A stretch of 63,996 nucleotides of DNA, filler included, from Octopus bimaculoides (taxonomy: Eukaryota): the NCBI RefSeq assembly GCF_001194135.2. It is 7 parts of 7 records of this genome, joined end to end, with 100 filler letters (N's around TTAATTAATTAA, not from the genome) between each part and the next. Parts side by side here need not be neighbours in the genome. Positions count along the whole stretch, not along the records: positions 1 to 15,513 come from NC_068985.1; positions 15,614 to 44,231 come from NC_068988.1; 5 more parts are not named here. The stretch is one strand, 5' to 3'. Below, in pieces: positions 13,185 through 24,564 of this stretch. The number at the start of each line of letters is the position of its first letter. Positions within the stretch are counted from its first letter, which is position 1. The translations under genes were made by a program, and so were the position numbers. Under the pieces are notes generated by a model. The model saw nothing but the letters and a program-made list of their open reading frames with translations, searched no databases and was not told the DNA's origin.

Positions 13185-13560
13185 ATCCTTTGGTGGCTGA
13201 TGATATGTGCATCTCTGATCATGAGCAGGAGTAGTGGAGAAGAAACATAGCTATGTGTTGAAAAGGATACTTTAAGGTTTGAATAATTCAATCCTGGAAA
13301 CATAGTAGTTTCTGCCATCATCCTTATTCAGGGACCTTTTGAGTGGGACGGGCTGCTCGACCTCAAGAAAATTCTAACTGGTCCCCACCTGCAAGTTTAT
13401 GTGCTGTTTATATTGATATATGAGATCACTGTTTCGCGAACATATGGTTGTGATGCATGTGCTTAGGGTACCTTTATGAGACAGGTAGTCATGATGGGTA
13501 TATTGGGCTTCGTATATCTATACCCTAGTGTCATTTTGACGGCATGTACTGCTCTCTCAC
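13185..13560 (+). mobile_element. Repeat family X copy 1
   Basis: Homologous to 13660-13998 and to 10562-10775; preceded by gacatacata. Confidence 0.8.
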
Positions 13561-13998
13561 TCAAAAGGTGGGCGACAGCAAATATTCTGCTAAACGGTGG
13601 GCTACAACAAATATTCTTCTCAATACCACAAATTTGCTTGTCAGTTGTTTGGCCTTAACCAGTTGATTATGTCCCTTAGTGGCTGACAATATGTGCATCT
13701 CTGATCACGAACAGAAGTAGTGGGGGAGCATCATAGTGATATGTTGAGAGGAATTCTTTGGGGTTTAAATAATTCACCTGTGGAAACATGGGTGTTTAGA
13801 AGAAAATTCTAACAGAGCCCCACCTGCAAGGTCATGCACTGTTTATCTTGATATGAGATCACCATGTCACGCACATATGGTTGTGATGCATGTGCCTGGT
13901 TTACCCTTATCAGACGGGTAGTCATGATGGGTATACTGGGCTTCGTATATCTGTACCCCATCGTCATTTTGATGGCGTGTGCTGCTCACTCGCTCAAT
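13561..13998 (+). mobile_element. Repeat family X copy 2 (head-to-tail with copy 1), ending in an (AAT)n tract
   Basis: Tandem homologue ending ctcactcgctcaatcat(aat)n. Confidence 0.8.
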
Positions 13999-13999
13999 C

Positions 14000-14040
<41 letters not shown>

Positions 14041-14514
14041 CATCATCATCATCATCATCATCAGTATCATCGTCGTCGTCGTCATCGTCATCATCATCAT
14101 CATTATCATCTTCAATAATAAATCTTACGAAAAAGTGATTATAAAATAACAGCAGCTGTGATAATAACATCGGTGTGTGTGGGAGTGTGGAGTGGAATAT
14201 TAATTATTATTTTGTTTTTATTCAATGTCTTCGTATCTGTCAATCAAAATTCTCATTTCCTGTGACTGGTAAGACGATGAGGACAATGAAGACGACAACG
14301 ATAACGACGGCTATTACTAGCTGTGACCACTGCCGCCAATACCACCGAGACCACCATCACCCCCACCACTACCCCCACCACTACCCCCCACCACTACTAG
14401 TTCCATCACCACTACTGTTAGCATTACCGTGCTGTATATAACCCCCTGTACCACCGCGGCCACCACAATGACCATCATTAATATATACCCCATTCACTTA
14501 TATTTCTACCCAAG

Positions 14515-14944
14515 TCTTCATTGATGAGGACTATATCAGGTGAGCTCATGTATTCCCTCAGGTGAAACATGTATCTCTCAATATATAATCTGATTTTCGT
14601 TGTTCTCAAATTGGAAATCAGCTTGCGACGGTGTGAACCTTGATAAAGATATCTACGGATCTGATGGAGGTGTTAAGCTGGGCGACGTTTTGTGTCTATT
14701 CCGTTTTGTATCTATTCAACTGCTAGAATTCCTTCCTAGCACAGGTTTTTCTACACTCGACGACATTCAGGTTTTCGAGAGCATCGACAACGTCGACTTT
14801 AATGGTCACGAGGGTGGGTCCGTAAAAAAAAAAAAAAAGGACTTAGTTTCTTCCTGCAGACTAAACAGTAATTAAATAAATATAAATAAAAATAAATAAA
14901 CACCTTTCTTGTTTACAGATGTGGGTTCGCATTCCACTGGATAA
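14515..14944 (+). CDS. Candidate exons of an unidentified host gene (14515-14539; 14622 or 14740 to 14813; 14919-14944)
   Basis: tttctacccaag|...cag|GTGAGC, ttccttcctag|...gagg|GTGGGT, cctttcttgtttacag|. Only one of six frames is open over 14622-14813 (ACDGVNLDKDIYGSDGG...FSTLDDIQVFESIDNVDFNGHE) and it has G-rich first codon positions; splicing to 14919 gives EDVGSHSTG*. Confidence 0.4.
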
Positions 14945-15003
14945 CCTTCGATTTTTTAGCGTATAAATATTGGGTTTTTAACCTAATATGTACACACAGT
15001 AAA

Positions 15004-15330
15004 GGCGCATGGTTCAGTGGTTAGAGCGTCGAGCTCACAATCATGAGGTAGTGAGTTCGATTCCCGGACCGGGCTGTGTGTTGTGTTCTTGAGCAAGACA
15101 CTTTATTTCACATTGTTCCAGTTCCTTCAGCTGTAGAAATGAATTGCGACGTCACACTTGCCATGCTATATCGGCCCCTTTGCCTTTCTCTTGGGTAACA
15201 TCGGTGCTGTAGAGAGGGGAGGCTGTTATGCATGAACGACTGCTGGTACTTTCATAAACAACCTTGCCCGGACCTATGCCTTGGGGGGGGGGGACTTTCT
15301 TGGTGCAATCCCCTGGTCATTCATGACCGC
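15004..15330 (+). mobile_element. tRNA-derived SINE, near full length
   Basis: Pol III A box tggttcagtggttagagc and B box gagttcgattccc, followed by a non-tRNA body gtgttcttgagcaagacactt; no tRNA 3' acceptor stem. Confidence 0.8.
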
Positions 15331-15513
15331 CCTTTAACTTTATTTACACGCTGTTATTTATAGCTTTATCTGCTTCGAGATTCACCGTTCCTAAAATTAG
15401 AAATAAGTCAACACTTTGCCATATTTTCATCCATCTTATAAAAGTGTCAAATTTCTCAAGAATGACTCACTTCGTTGCACCAAACCACGTCGAAATATTT
15501 CACTTAAGATGTT

Positions 15514-15613
15514 NNNNNNNNNNNNNNNNNNNNNNNNNNNNNNNNNNNNNNNNNNNNTTAATTAATTAANNNNNNNNNNNNNNNNNNNNNNNNNNNNNNN
15601 NNNNNNNNNNNNN
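15514..15613. other. Assembly spacer N44-TTAATTAATTAA-N44 (same motif at ~44277, 49838, 58974, 60785, 62439)
   Basis: Identical palindromic 12-mer with stops in all six frames embedded in fixed-length N runs, six times. Confidence 0.95.
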
Positions 15614-16830
15614 TGATATTGCTGCACCTCTTATGTGTCCATAGCTTGCACTGGGTACATCTTATAGAGTTACTACCTACTCCTTTTCTACATACTGAGC
15701 AGGGCCATCTACATGAAGGGGTTTGTGTTTTATCTACCTTCCTACTTATTAGGATTTTGGTTTTAGCTAGGTTGACTCTAAGGCCCTTCGATTCTAGTCC
15801 TTGCTTCCACACCTGAAACTTCTCCTCTAGTTCTGATAGTGACTCCGCAATTAGTGCAAGGTCATCAGCATAGAGGAGCTCCCAGGGGCAACCTGTCTTG
15901 AATTCCTCTGTGATCACCTGGAGGACTATGATAAATAGGAGGGGGCTGAACACGGAACCTTGGTGGACCCCTACCTCTACCCAGAATTCTTCACTGTACT
16001 CATTTCCAACCCTCACCTTACTGACAGCATCTCTGTACATGGCTCCCATAGCTCTCACTAACCATTCTTCTATCCCAAGTTTCCTCATTGACCACCAGAT
16101 AAGGGATCGGGGGACCTTGTCAAAGGCTTTCTCCATGTCAACGAAAGCCAGGTACAGAGGCTTATCCTTGGTTAGGTATTTCTCCTGCAGCTGTCTTACT
16201 AGAAATATGGCATCAGTGGTGCTTTTACCTGGCACGAACCCAAACTGCATCTCATCTAAATTGATTCGCTCCCTAATTAGTTGGGCTATGNNNNNNNNNN
16301 NNNNNNNNNNNNNNNNNNNNNNNNNNNNNNNNNNNNNNNNNNNNNNNNNNNNNNNNNNNNNNNNNNNNNNNNNNNNNNNNNNNNNNNNNNNNNNNNNNNN
16401 NNNNNNNNNNNNNNNNNNNNNNNNNNNNNNNNNNNNNNNNNNNNNNNNNNNNNNNNNNNNNNNNNNNNNNNNNNNNNNNNNNNNNNNNNNNNNNNNNNGT
16501 ATCACCTGGTTCGTAATACGGGTGACTAGGCTATAGGCAACACTGCCAGATATTTTGAGCATCTCTGCAGTGATTCCTGATGGGCCGGGGGCTTTCCCTG
16601 TCTTCATACTCTTAATTGCTTTATCTACCCTGGTACTGTCAACTCAGATAGCTGGTCCCTCTGTTGGGTCGACATACGGCAGACTCTCTTTCTCCCATTC
16701 ATTCTCTTTATTAAGCAATCTATCGTAGTGGCATCTCCAGACCTCTTTCTTTGCAGCCTCATTTAGTGCAAGCATACCATCATCCATGCGAATACATTTC
16801 TCTCCTACGACATCACTATTCTTGTAGGAG
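15614..16830 (-). pseudogene. RTE-clade LINE ORF2 fragment (RT core plus start of PHD-like finger), 5'-truncated
   Basis: KAPGPSG, QFGFVPGKSTTDAIF, FVDMEKAFD, GVHQGSV, LYADD, NLAKTK motifs followed by CSVC...CTQC...H..C. Confidence 0.95.
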
Positions 16831-17029
16831 AGAAATGTGTTCGCATGGGATCATCTTCATATAAACAAGGTTGTTTATTCTCAGTCTTCCATGTAAAACA
16901 AGTCTAGTTATGGGAAAACATTACCTTGTTTGAAAAAAGATGAAGGGTATCTGGGCTTAGAAAATCTGCTTCAACAAATTCTGCAAGCATGGAAAAGTGA
17001 ATGTTGATGATAATGATATGTATAATCAT

Positions 17030-17215
17030 CATTTAACATCCATCCTTCATGCTGGATCAACAGGATTCAATGACTTGGAGGACTAAGTTATGCTTCAATA
17101 GTTTGCTTTAATATGGTTTCTATGACTAGATGCCCTTTTTAATGCCAGTCTCTTTACAGAATATACTGGGTGTTTTACATGGTACCAGCTCCAATGAGGT
17201 TGCCATGTTACTCAC
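17030..17215 (-). mobile_element. Diverged RTE 3'-UTR-only copy
   Basis: catcatttaacatccatccttcatgctgg...tggtttctatgactagatgccctt...ctgggtgttttacatgg resembles the RTE 3' terminus at 18218-18400. Confidence 0.55.
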
Positions 17216-18217
17216 AAAACTAAAAAGCCCTCTCCCCTAAGTGAGACATGTTAGGTGTTGAGAGGTTAAAGTATGACAGGTGGACAGGAACTGGTTTTTT
17301 GCCTCAGAAGAAGTACATGGCTATTTTGAACTATGTAAGTGTGGATAGGAGTAATCATTGAAGCTGGAAAAAGTGACAAAGACAGTGGTAAACTTTAACA
17401 AACCACATGTTTTAGCAAACTGTGATACTAATGACAAGACATTGGTGTTGCAATAAATTCTTGTCAATAAACAAGTGGCAATCTGAAAAAAAAAAAAAAC
17501 GAAAATAAAACATCAGTAATTGCGTTTTTTCTATTTATCTTTTATTTGTTTCAGTTATTGGACTGTGACCATGTTGGGGCACTGTAATTCAGTAATTATG
17601 TTTTAAGTAGAAAATATTATAACTATCATCATCAAGAATAATTTAACCTTACAATGCAGCCATTCTATAATTCTATAATATAAATTGAACAATTATTATT
17701 TCTTTCTCGAGGTTCACACCAAACAGCTGGGTGGATTTGCATGAAACATGGCACAAGTGTGGAGACGGGTGTATAGATTGGAATGCACTTTGTATTTTTT
17801 TCCTAGCCCCCATAGTTACCAAGAAAATCGATTAAAACAACCTCCGTGCATGCATGCTTATGTGAGTGTGTGTCACTGAAGCCATTCATACATATATACA
17901 TAACCACTCTCTCTCTCTTTCTCACTCACTCACTCTCTCTCGGTTTTTCTCTGTCAATCACTCACACATTCACTTACAATAAAAACTGAATGGAAAATTT
18001 CAGTTCTCTCTCTCTCTCTTTCTTTCTCTCTCATATACACACACACACCATCAACATTACTCTGTCTCACACAACCCATCAAACATACACACACACACAC
18101 ACACAGACATACGCACGCACATCAATTCTTTCGTCTCAAAAGAAGTTCAGTCATAAAACTGTCCATGTCACTTTTCATTTGATGCCCACTTCAAAAAATC
18201 CCCTCTCCCCCAAACAC

Positions 18218-19930
18218 ATCATCATCATCATCGTTTAACGTCCGCTTTCCATGCTAGCGGGAGTTGGACTATTTGACTGAGGACTGGTAAGCCAGAAGGC
18301 TGCACCAGGCTCCAATCTGATTTGGCAGAGTTTCTACAGCTGGATGCTCTTCCTAACGCCAACCACTCCGAGAGTGTAGTGGGTGCTTGTACGTGCCACC
18401 GGCATGAGGGCCTGTCACACACTACTGGCAATGGCCATGCTCAAAACGGTTTTTTTTACATGCCACCTACACTGCGCCAGTCATCGAGTATGGTTCAATT
18501 ACGATTTCACTTGCCCCAACAGGTCTTCGCAAGCAGAGTTTAGTGTCCAGTGAAGGAGAAGTTGACATGGGTGCCAATCGTCGGATTTGGTTTGATTTCG
18601 ATTTCAGATTTCAAATTCCAAATTTACTTGCCTCAACAGGTCTTCGCAAGCAGGGTTTTTAGTGTCCAATGAAGATACGAATTAGTGAGTTGGCTACACT
18701 TCTGGCAGAGATCACAGATTATGCTCTCACTTGCCTTGCCGGGTCTTCTCACGTACTGCATATTTCCAAAGGTCCGGGTCACTGGTCATTACCTCGGTGA
18801 GGCCTAAAGTTCGATGGTTGTGCTTCACCACCTCATCCCAGGTCTTCCTGGGTCTACCTCTTCCAGAGGTTCACTCAACTGCTAGGGTGTGACACTTTTT
18901 CACAGTTATCCTCATCCATTCTTGCCACATGTCCATACCAGCGCAATCGTCTCTCTTGCACACCACAACTGATGCTTCGTAAGTTCAACTTTTCTCTCAA
19001 GGTACTTACACTCTGTCGAGTATGCACACTGACATTACACATCCATCGGAGCATACTGTCTTCGTTTCTTGCAAGCTTACGCATGTCCTCAGCAGTCTCG
19101 GCCAATTGTTTCACTGCCATGTAGCATGGCTGTTCGTACACATGCATCATACAGTCTGCCTTTTACTCTGAGTGAGAGGCCCTTTGTCACCAGCAGAGGT
19201 AAGAGCTCTCTAAACTTTGCCCAGGCTATTCTTATTCTAGCAGCTACACTTTCAGTGCACCACTCCACCCACTACAAACTTGGTCACCTAGGTAGCGGAA
19301 GCTATCAACTACTTCTAGTTTTTCTCCCTGGAGTGTGGCAAAGGTTGTTTTCTGCACATTTTCAGTGTTTATTGCTCTTGAGCATCTGCCACATACAAAA
19401 ACTATCTTGCTAGTTAGCCTTCCTTCGATATTGCTGCACCTCTTATGTGTCCATAGCTTACACTGGATACATCTTATGGAGTTTCTACCTACGCCTTTTC
19501 TACAGATTGAGCAGGGCCATCTACCTGAAGGGGTTTGTGTTTTGTCTACCTTCCTACTTACTAGGACTTTGGTTTTAGCTAGGTTGACTCTAAGGCCCNN
19601 NNNNNNNNNNNNNNNNNNNNNNNNNNNNNNNNNNNNNNNNNNNNNNNNNNNNNNNNNNNNNNNNNNNNNNNNNNNNNNNNNNNNNNNNNNNNNNNNNNNN
19701 NNNNNNNNNNNNNNNNNNNNNNNNNNNNNNNNNNNNNNNNNNNNNNNNNNNNNNNNNNNNNNNNNNNNNNNNNNNNNNNNNNNNNNNNNNNNNNNNNNNN
19801 NNNNNNNNNNNNNNNNNNNNNNNNNNNNNNNNNNNNNNNNNNNNNNNNNNNNNNNNNNTAAATAGGAGGGGGCTGAGGACTGAACCTTGGTGGACCCCTA
19901 CCTCTACCCGGAATTCTTCCCTGTACTCGT
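18218..19930 (-). mobile_element. RTE-clade LINE 3' portion: RT C-terminus, intact C4HC3 finger, 3' UTR, (GAT)n tail
   Basis: VGVHQGSVLSPLLF at ~19860-19930; CSIC..CIQC..H..C..CGRC at 19382-19513; RLRWYGHVARM; GRPRKTW; ORF end near 18725; tail gcggacgttaaacgatgatgatg on the minus strand. Confidence 0.92.
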
Positions 19931-20059
19931 TGCTCGGCCACTGATCGAGAGATAAAATACAAACCACCTCCTGCTGACTGCAAAGCTCCTGCCAAATTAG
20001 CCGCAAAAAATACACACACACACACGTCCATTTCATATGTCTTTCATTTTCTCTCTGAT

Positions 20060-21350
20060 TATACACACGTCCAATACAATAGCTCTCACATACATTTTCG
20101 TCTTCAACAGGTATGTATCTATTCTATAATATAAATTGTTTTTCTATAAGCGTATAACAATTACTTATTCCATACTTCTTCACTTAGCTTTTATTTTCAC
20201 TTTTCTTAAATTGGATACGTCTGCTACTAATTCTTACATACAATTTTCCTGTTAATTCTTACAGCTTCATTTTCAGCTTCATTCCAAACGTCTATTTTTT
20301 CCTAGCCCCCATACTTACCGAAAACATCGATTAAAATTTTTTCTCATGCAATTCCCCTTTCTTTTGCCATTAACACAACCAGTTGCTCACACACCTTACA
20401 GTTTATCATTCAAACTACATAATATGCAGAATTGTTGCATTAATACAGTAGGGTGTTTTGAGGGAGACTTGGCTACTATTTCTACCAGGTCTACCTACCA
20501 TGTAGAGGTCTGAACTTATTTATCATTCACAGATTTGCATTTCAAACATTTAACATAATCTTTTCCATAAATCAACTATCGTAAAACTTTTCTACCACGA
20601 CCTCACATATTCTATATATGTGTATGTACCCTAAAAGATGTGATTAGACAGAGGTCCAATAGAATAGTTCTCATAAACAGACTACCTATGATTATACACA
20701 CATCCAATAGCTCTCACATACATTTTTGTCTTCAACAGGTATGTAGCTATTCTATAATATAAATTGTTTTCTATAAACGTATAACAATTACTTATTCCAT
20801 ACTTCTTAGCTTTTATCTTCATTTTCTTAAATTGGATACGTCTGCTATTAATTCTTACATACAATTTCCCTGTTAATTCTTATGGCTTCATTTTCTGTTA
20901 AAGCAATTCTTAACATCAACTTTTTAATGCCTCTTCTATTTTTTCCTAGCCCCCATACTTACCGAGAACATCAATTAAAATTTTTTCTCATGCAATTCCC
21001 CTTTCTTCTGCCATTAACACAACCAGTTGCTCATACACCTTACAGTTTATCATTCAAACTACATAATATGCAGAATTGTTGCATTAATACAGTAATGTGT
21101 TTTCAGGGAGATTTGGCTGCTATTTCTACCAGGTCTACCTACCATGTAGAGGGTGAACTTATTTTTCATACACAGATTTGCACTTCAAACATTTAACATA
21201 ATCTTTTCCATAAATCAACTATCGTAAAACTTTTCTACCATGACCTCACATTTTCTATGTATGTGTGTGTACCTTAAAAGACGTGATTAGACAGAGGTCC
21301 AATAGAATAGTTCTCAGAAACAGACTACCTACATATTCTTTCTTCACAAC
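20060..21350. repeat. Tandem duplication of a ~630-bp AT-rich unit, with partial further copies at 21440-21580 and 23190-23280
   Basis: ccaatagctctcacatacatt...caacaggtatgta... starts at ~20070 and ~20703; gattagacagaggtccaatagaatag at 20641, 21285 and 23193. Confidence 0.85.
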
Positions 21351-21869
21351 TCCTGAAGCGGTTTCCTGCGAAGATACTTCCGCCCTTCCCCCCACCCCAT
21401 TTTCTCACAAACTTCTTTATTTCAAAAGTTTTTTTTGACAAAAATCCCCATTTTCGGATACAAATGACTTATTCCATCGATTAAAACTTTCTTTAATGCA
21501 ATTCTCCTTTTTTCTGCCATTAACACAACCAGCTGCTTACACACCTTACAGTTTCTCATTCAAACAACATAAAACGCATAATTAAAAGGCACAGGGTCAA
21601 TCATTGCAAATGGTTGGTTTCAATCTCCCAGAGCAAGTGTTCGCCCACTGTCAACTTTACATTGGATGTTCCTGTGTTGGTGCATCAGAAGGGAAGACGA
21701 GAAACATTGCCTACAAAGAAGCGCTCCACTGAAAAGACGGCATTTCTTCACATCTTCCAAATCACCCCAGTCTCAAAAGCTTTGTACTTGCTGTGCTAGC
21801 TAACGTAAGTCAATGACACACAACTTCACTCACTCACTCTATCTCTCTTTCTCACCCTCTTTGTCTCAT

Positions 21870-21902
<33 letters not shown>

Positions 21903-23139
21903 CACATCCATTTCATATAGCTTTCAATTTCTGATCTCTACAAATAAAATTTTTACAGATACAACTGCTTACAAAAATTGGGATTAATGTATAATTTCTT
22001 TCTATGTTCATNNNNNNNNNNNNNNNNNNNNNNNNNNNNNNNNNNNNNNNNNNNNNNNNNNNNNNNNNNNNNNNNNNNNNNNNNNNNNNNNNNNNNNNNN
22101 NNNNNNNNNNNNNNNNNNNNNNNNNNNNNNNNNNNNNNNNNNNNNNNNNNNNNNNNNNNNNNNNNNNNNNNNNNNNNNNNNNNNNNNNNNNNNNNNNNNN
22201 NNNNNNNNNNNNNNNNNNNNNNNNNNNNNNNNNNNNNNNNNNNNNNNNNNNNNNNNNNNNNNNNNNNNNNNNNNNNNNNNNNNNNNNNNNNNNNNNNNNN
22301 NNNNNNNNNNNNNNNNNNNNNNNNNNNNNNNNNNNNNNNNNNNNNNNNNNNNNNNNNNNNNNNNNNNNNNNNNNNNNNNNNNNNNNNNNNNNNNNNNNNN
22401 NNNNNNNNNNNNNNNNNNNNNNNNNNNNNNNNNNNNNNNNNNNNNNNNNNNNNNNNNNNNNNNNNNNNNNNNNNNNNNNNNNNNNNNNNNNNNNNNNNNN
22501 NNNNNNNNNNNNNNNNNNNNNNNNNNNNNNNNNNNNNNNNNNNNNNNNNNNNNNNNNNNNNNNNNNNNNNNNNNNNNNNNNNNNNNNNNNNNNNNNNNNN
22601 NNNNNNNNNNNNNNNNNNNNNNNNNNNNNNNNNNNNNNNNNNNNNNNNNNNNNNNNNNNNNNNNNNNNNNNNNNNNNNNNNNNNNNNNNNNNNNNNNNNN
22701 NNNNNNNNNNNNNNNNNNNNNNNNNNNNNNNNNNNNNNNNNNNNNNNNNNNNNNNNNNNNNNNNNNNNNNNNNNNNNNNNNNNNNNNNNNNNNNNNNNNN
22801 NNNNNNNNNNNNNNNNNNNNNNNNNNNNNNNNNNNNNNNNNNNNNNNNNAGTAAATGAGACGCATCTTTGCCTCCACTGATTCACTTGCAAAGTGTTGAG
22901 TAAAATTATTTCGTTGCAGACCTCCTTTGGGTCTTTTTATTATCACTACGACACACATAGTCCCCAGTTGGTAACATTGATTTCAAGGCCCTCCTAGATG
23001 AGAGACTGGCATTCCACTTAATGTCTATGTTCCATGCTGGCATGGATTGGAGAGTTATTAATGTAGAAATATGGTATCGTAGCTACTAACAGTTGAGGGT
23101 TGCGTAGTCTAGAAGGCGTTTTTAGATTTCATTATTCTC

Positions 23140-23173
23140 TTTAACCCGGGCAAAGCCGGGTATTTCTGCTAGT
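23140..23173 (+). mobile_element. Helitron-type 3' terminus
   Basis: Hairpin CCCGG-gcaaag-CCGGG (23145-23160), then 8 nt, then CTAG followed by T (23169-23173). A degenerate second end ccaggtgaaactgg...gctagt lies at ~23430-23447. Confidence 0.75.
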
Positions 23174-23721
23174 AATTAAATAAATGCTTTAATGATTAGA
23201 CAGACGTCCAATAGAATAGCTCTCAGAAACAGACTACATACAAATTCTTTCTTTACAACTCCTGAAGCCATTTTCTGACAAGTGGAGGGGGGGGGGTTGA
23301 AATCTTCATATAGCTAGAGGCTCCAATCGAAACAGGGGACCCGAAATGATAAGGTTGAGAAACGCTGTTATAGATTATGCCTAAGTGAAAACGATCACAG
23401 CCACATCATCCAAACAGACCAGGTGAAACTGGGTTTAGCTGCTAGTTATGTATCTAAGATTTCATTGTGAACATAACATCCTAAATAACTTATAGTAGAT
23501 ATTCCTAAACATCTACACACCTTTATTACACAGATATTTATAACCAACAAGCTATACAACATAAAATCCAATAAAAACTCAATTTTTCTACATAATCAAC
23601 CTGCAACTGTTGCATCAACTAAGTCAAGATGTTCAGCTGTGTTTGTGGAAAATTCCTAACACTAAGACATTGCTTAGTCTCTCCATACAATTCTTTAATT
23701 AAATCATACATTAGATAAATG

Positions 23722-24396
23722 GGATCTATTTCAAAACGGGGGCACCAGTATTTTCTTAACGAAACACTAACGAAACACTTTGAAACTTGGGACACTGGTA
23801 GAATGTGTCATATAAAACATCTTTTACTCTTAGTCTTCTTAACAAAAAAACGTACATCGCAAGTTATTCCATGTTAAAGTTGTCGTATTTCTGTAATTTC
23901 AACCAATCACTGACGTCTATTCAGCTGAATAGAGTTACTGCTGGGCGGTCATAAAAATGTTATTCCCTGTGACATATTTCATCCGGTTTAATCGTAATTT
24001 ATACGCATATATTATTTATATAATAAATTACGCTGTGCATATCTATGTGTGTAACAATTTTAGAGTTCGGATTCTAGAGTTAGGGTTAGTTTTAGGGTTA
24101 GGGTTAGGGTTAAGGGCTAGGGTTAAGGGTTAACAGTCTAGTTAGGGTTAGGGTTAGGGGATTAATACGATATACACCGTTACAGCGCTAACTGTTTTCA
24201 ACTGAATAGACGTCAGTGATTAGTAGAAATTATCGAAATAAGACAATTTTTTACATGAAATAAATTTGAATACAAAAATTTTTTTCTGTTCTATAACACA
24301 AAATAGATAAGTATATGAAGTTTGAAAGTCTTTCAGTACCAAAAACACTACATAAAACATAAATGAAAACTGGTGCCCCCGTTTTGAAATAGATCC
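23722..24396. mobile_element. Non-autonomous DNA transposon (MITE), Merlin-like, containing telomeric-type repeats
   Basis: 28-bp perfect TIRs GGATCTATTTCAAAACGGGGGCACCAGT (23722-23749 / 24369-24396); exact 8-bp TSD GATAAATG (23714-23721 / 24397-24404); internal (TTAGGG)-like array ~24078-24160. Confidence 0.85.
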
Positions 24397-24564
24397 GATA
24401 AATGAACTTCCCAAAGATGAAAATCAAAACTTCTGTTCTTTTAGAGTGTGTTTGTGTGTCTTCCTGTATGAACAAACATAAGAAAAATGGAGTGAATAAA
24501 TAATTGCTTCTAACAGAGATCAGAAACTGAAGCAGAGTGTTAGCTGATTAAATTAAACCTAGTA

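Noticed and set aside
15004-15075. tRNA-like sequence
   Set aside because: A and B boxes are present but there is no acceptor-stem closure, and it runs into a SINE body; it is a SINE head, not a tRNA gene.
24078-24160. Possible telomere or chromosome-fusion scar
   Set aside because: Short, degenerate, and enclosed within a MITE with TIRs and TSD.
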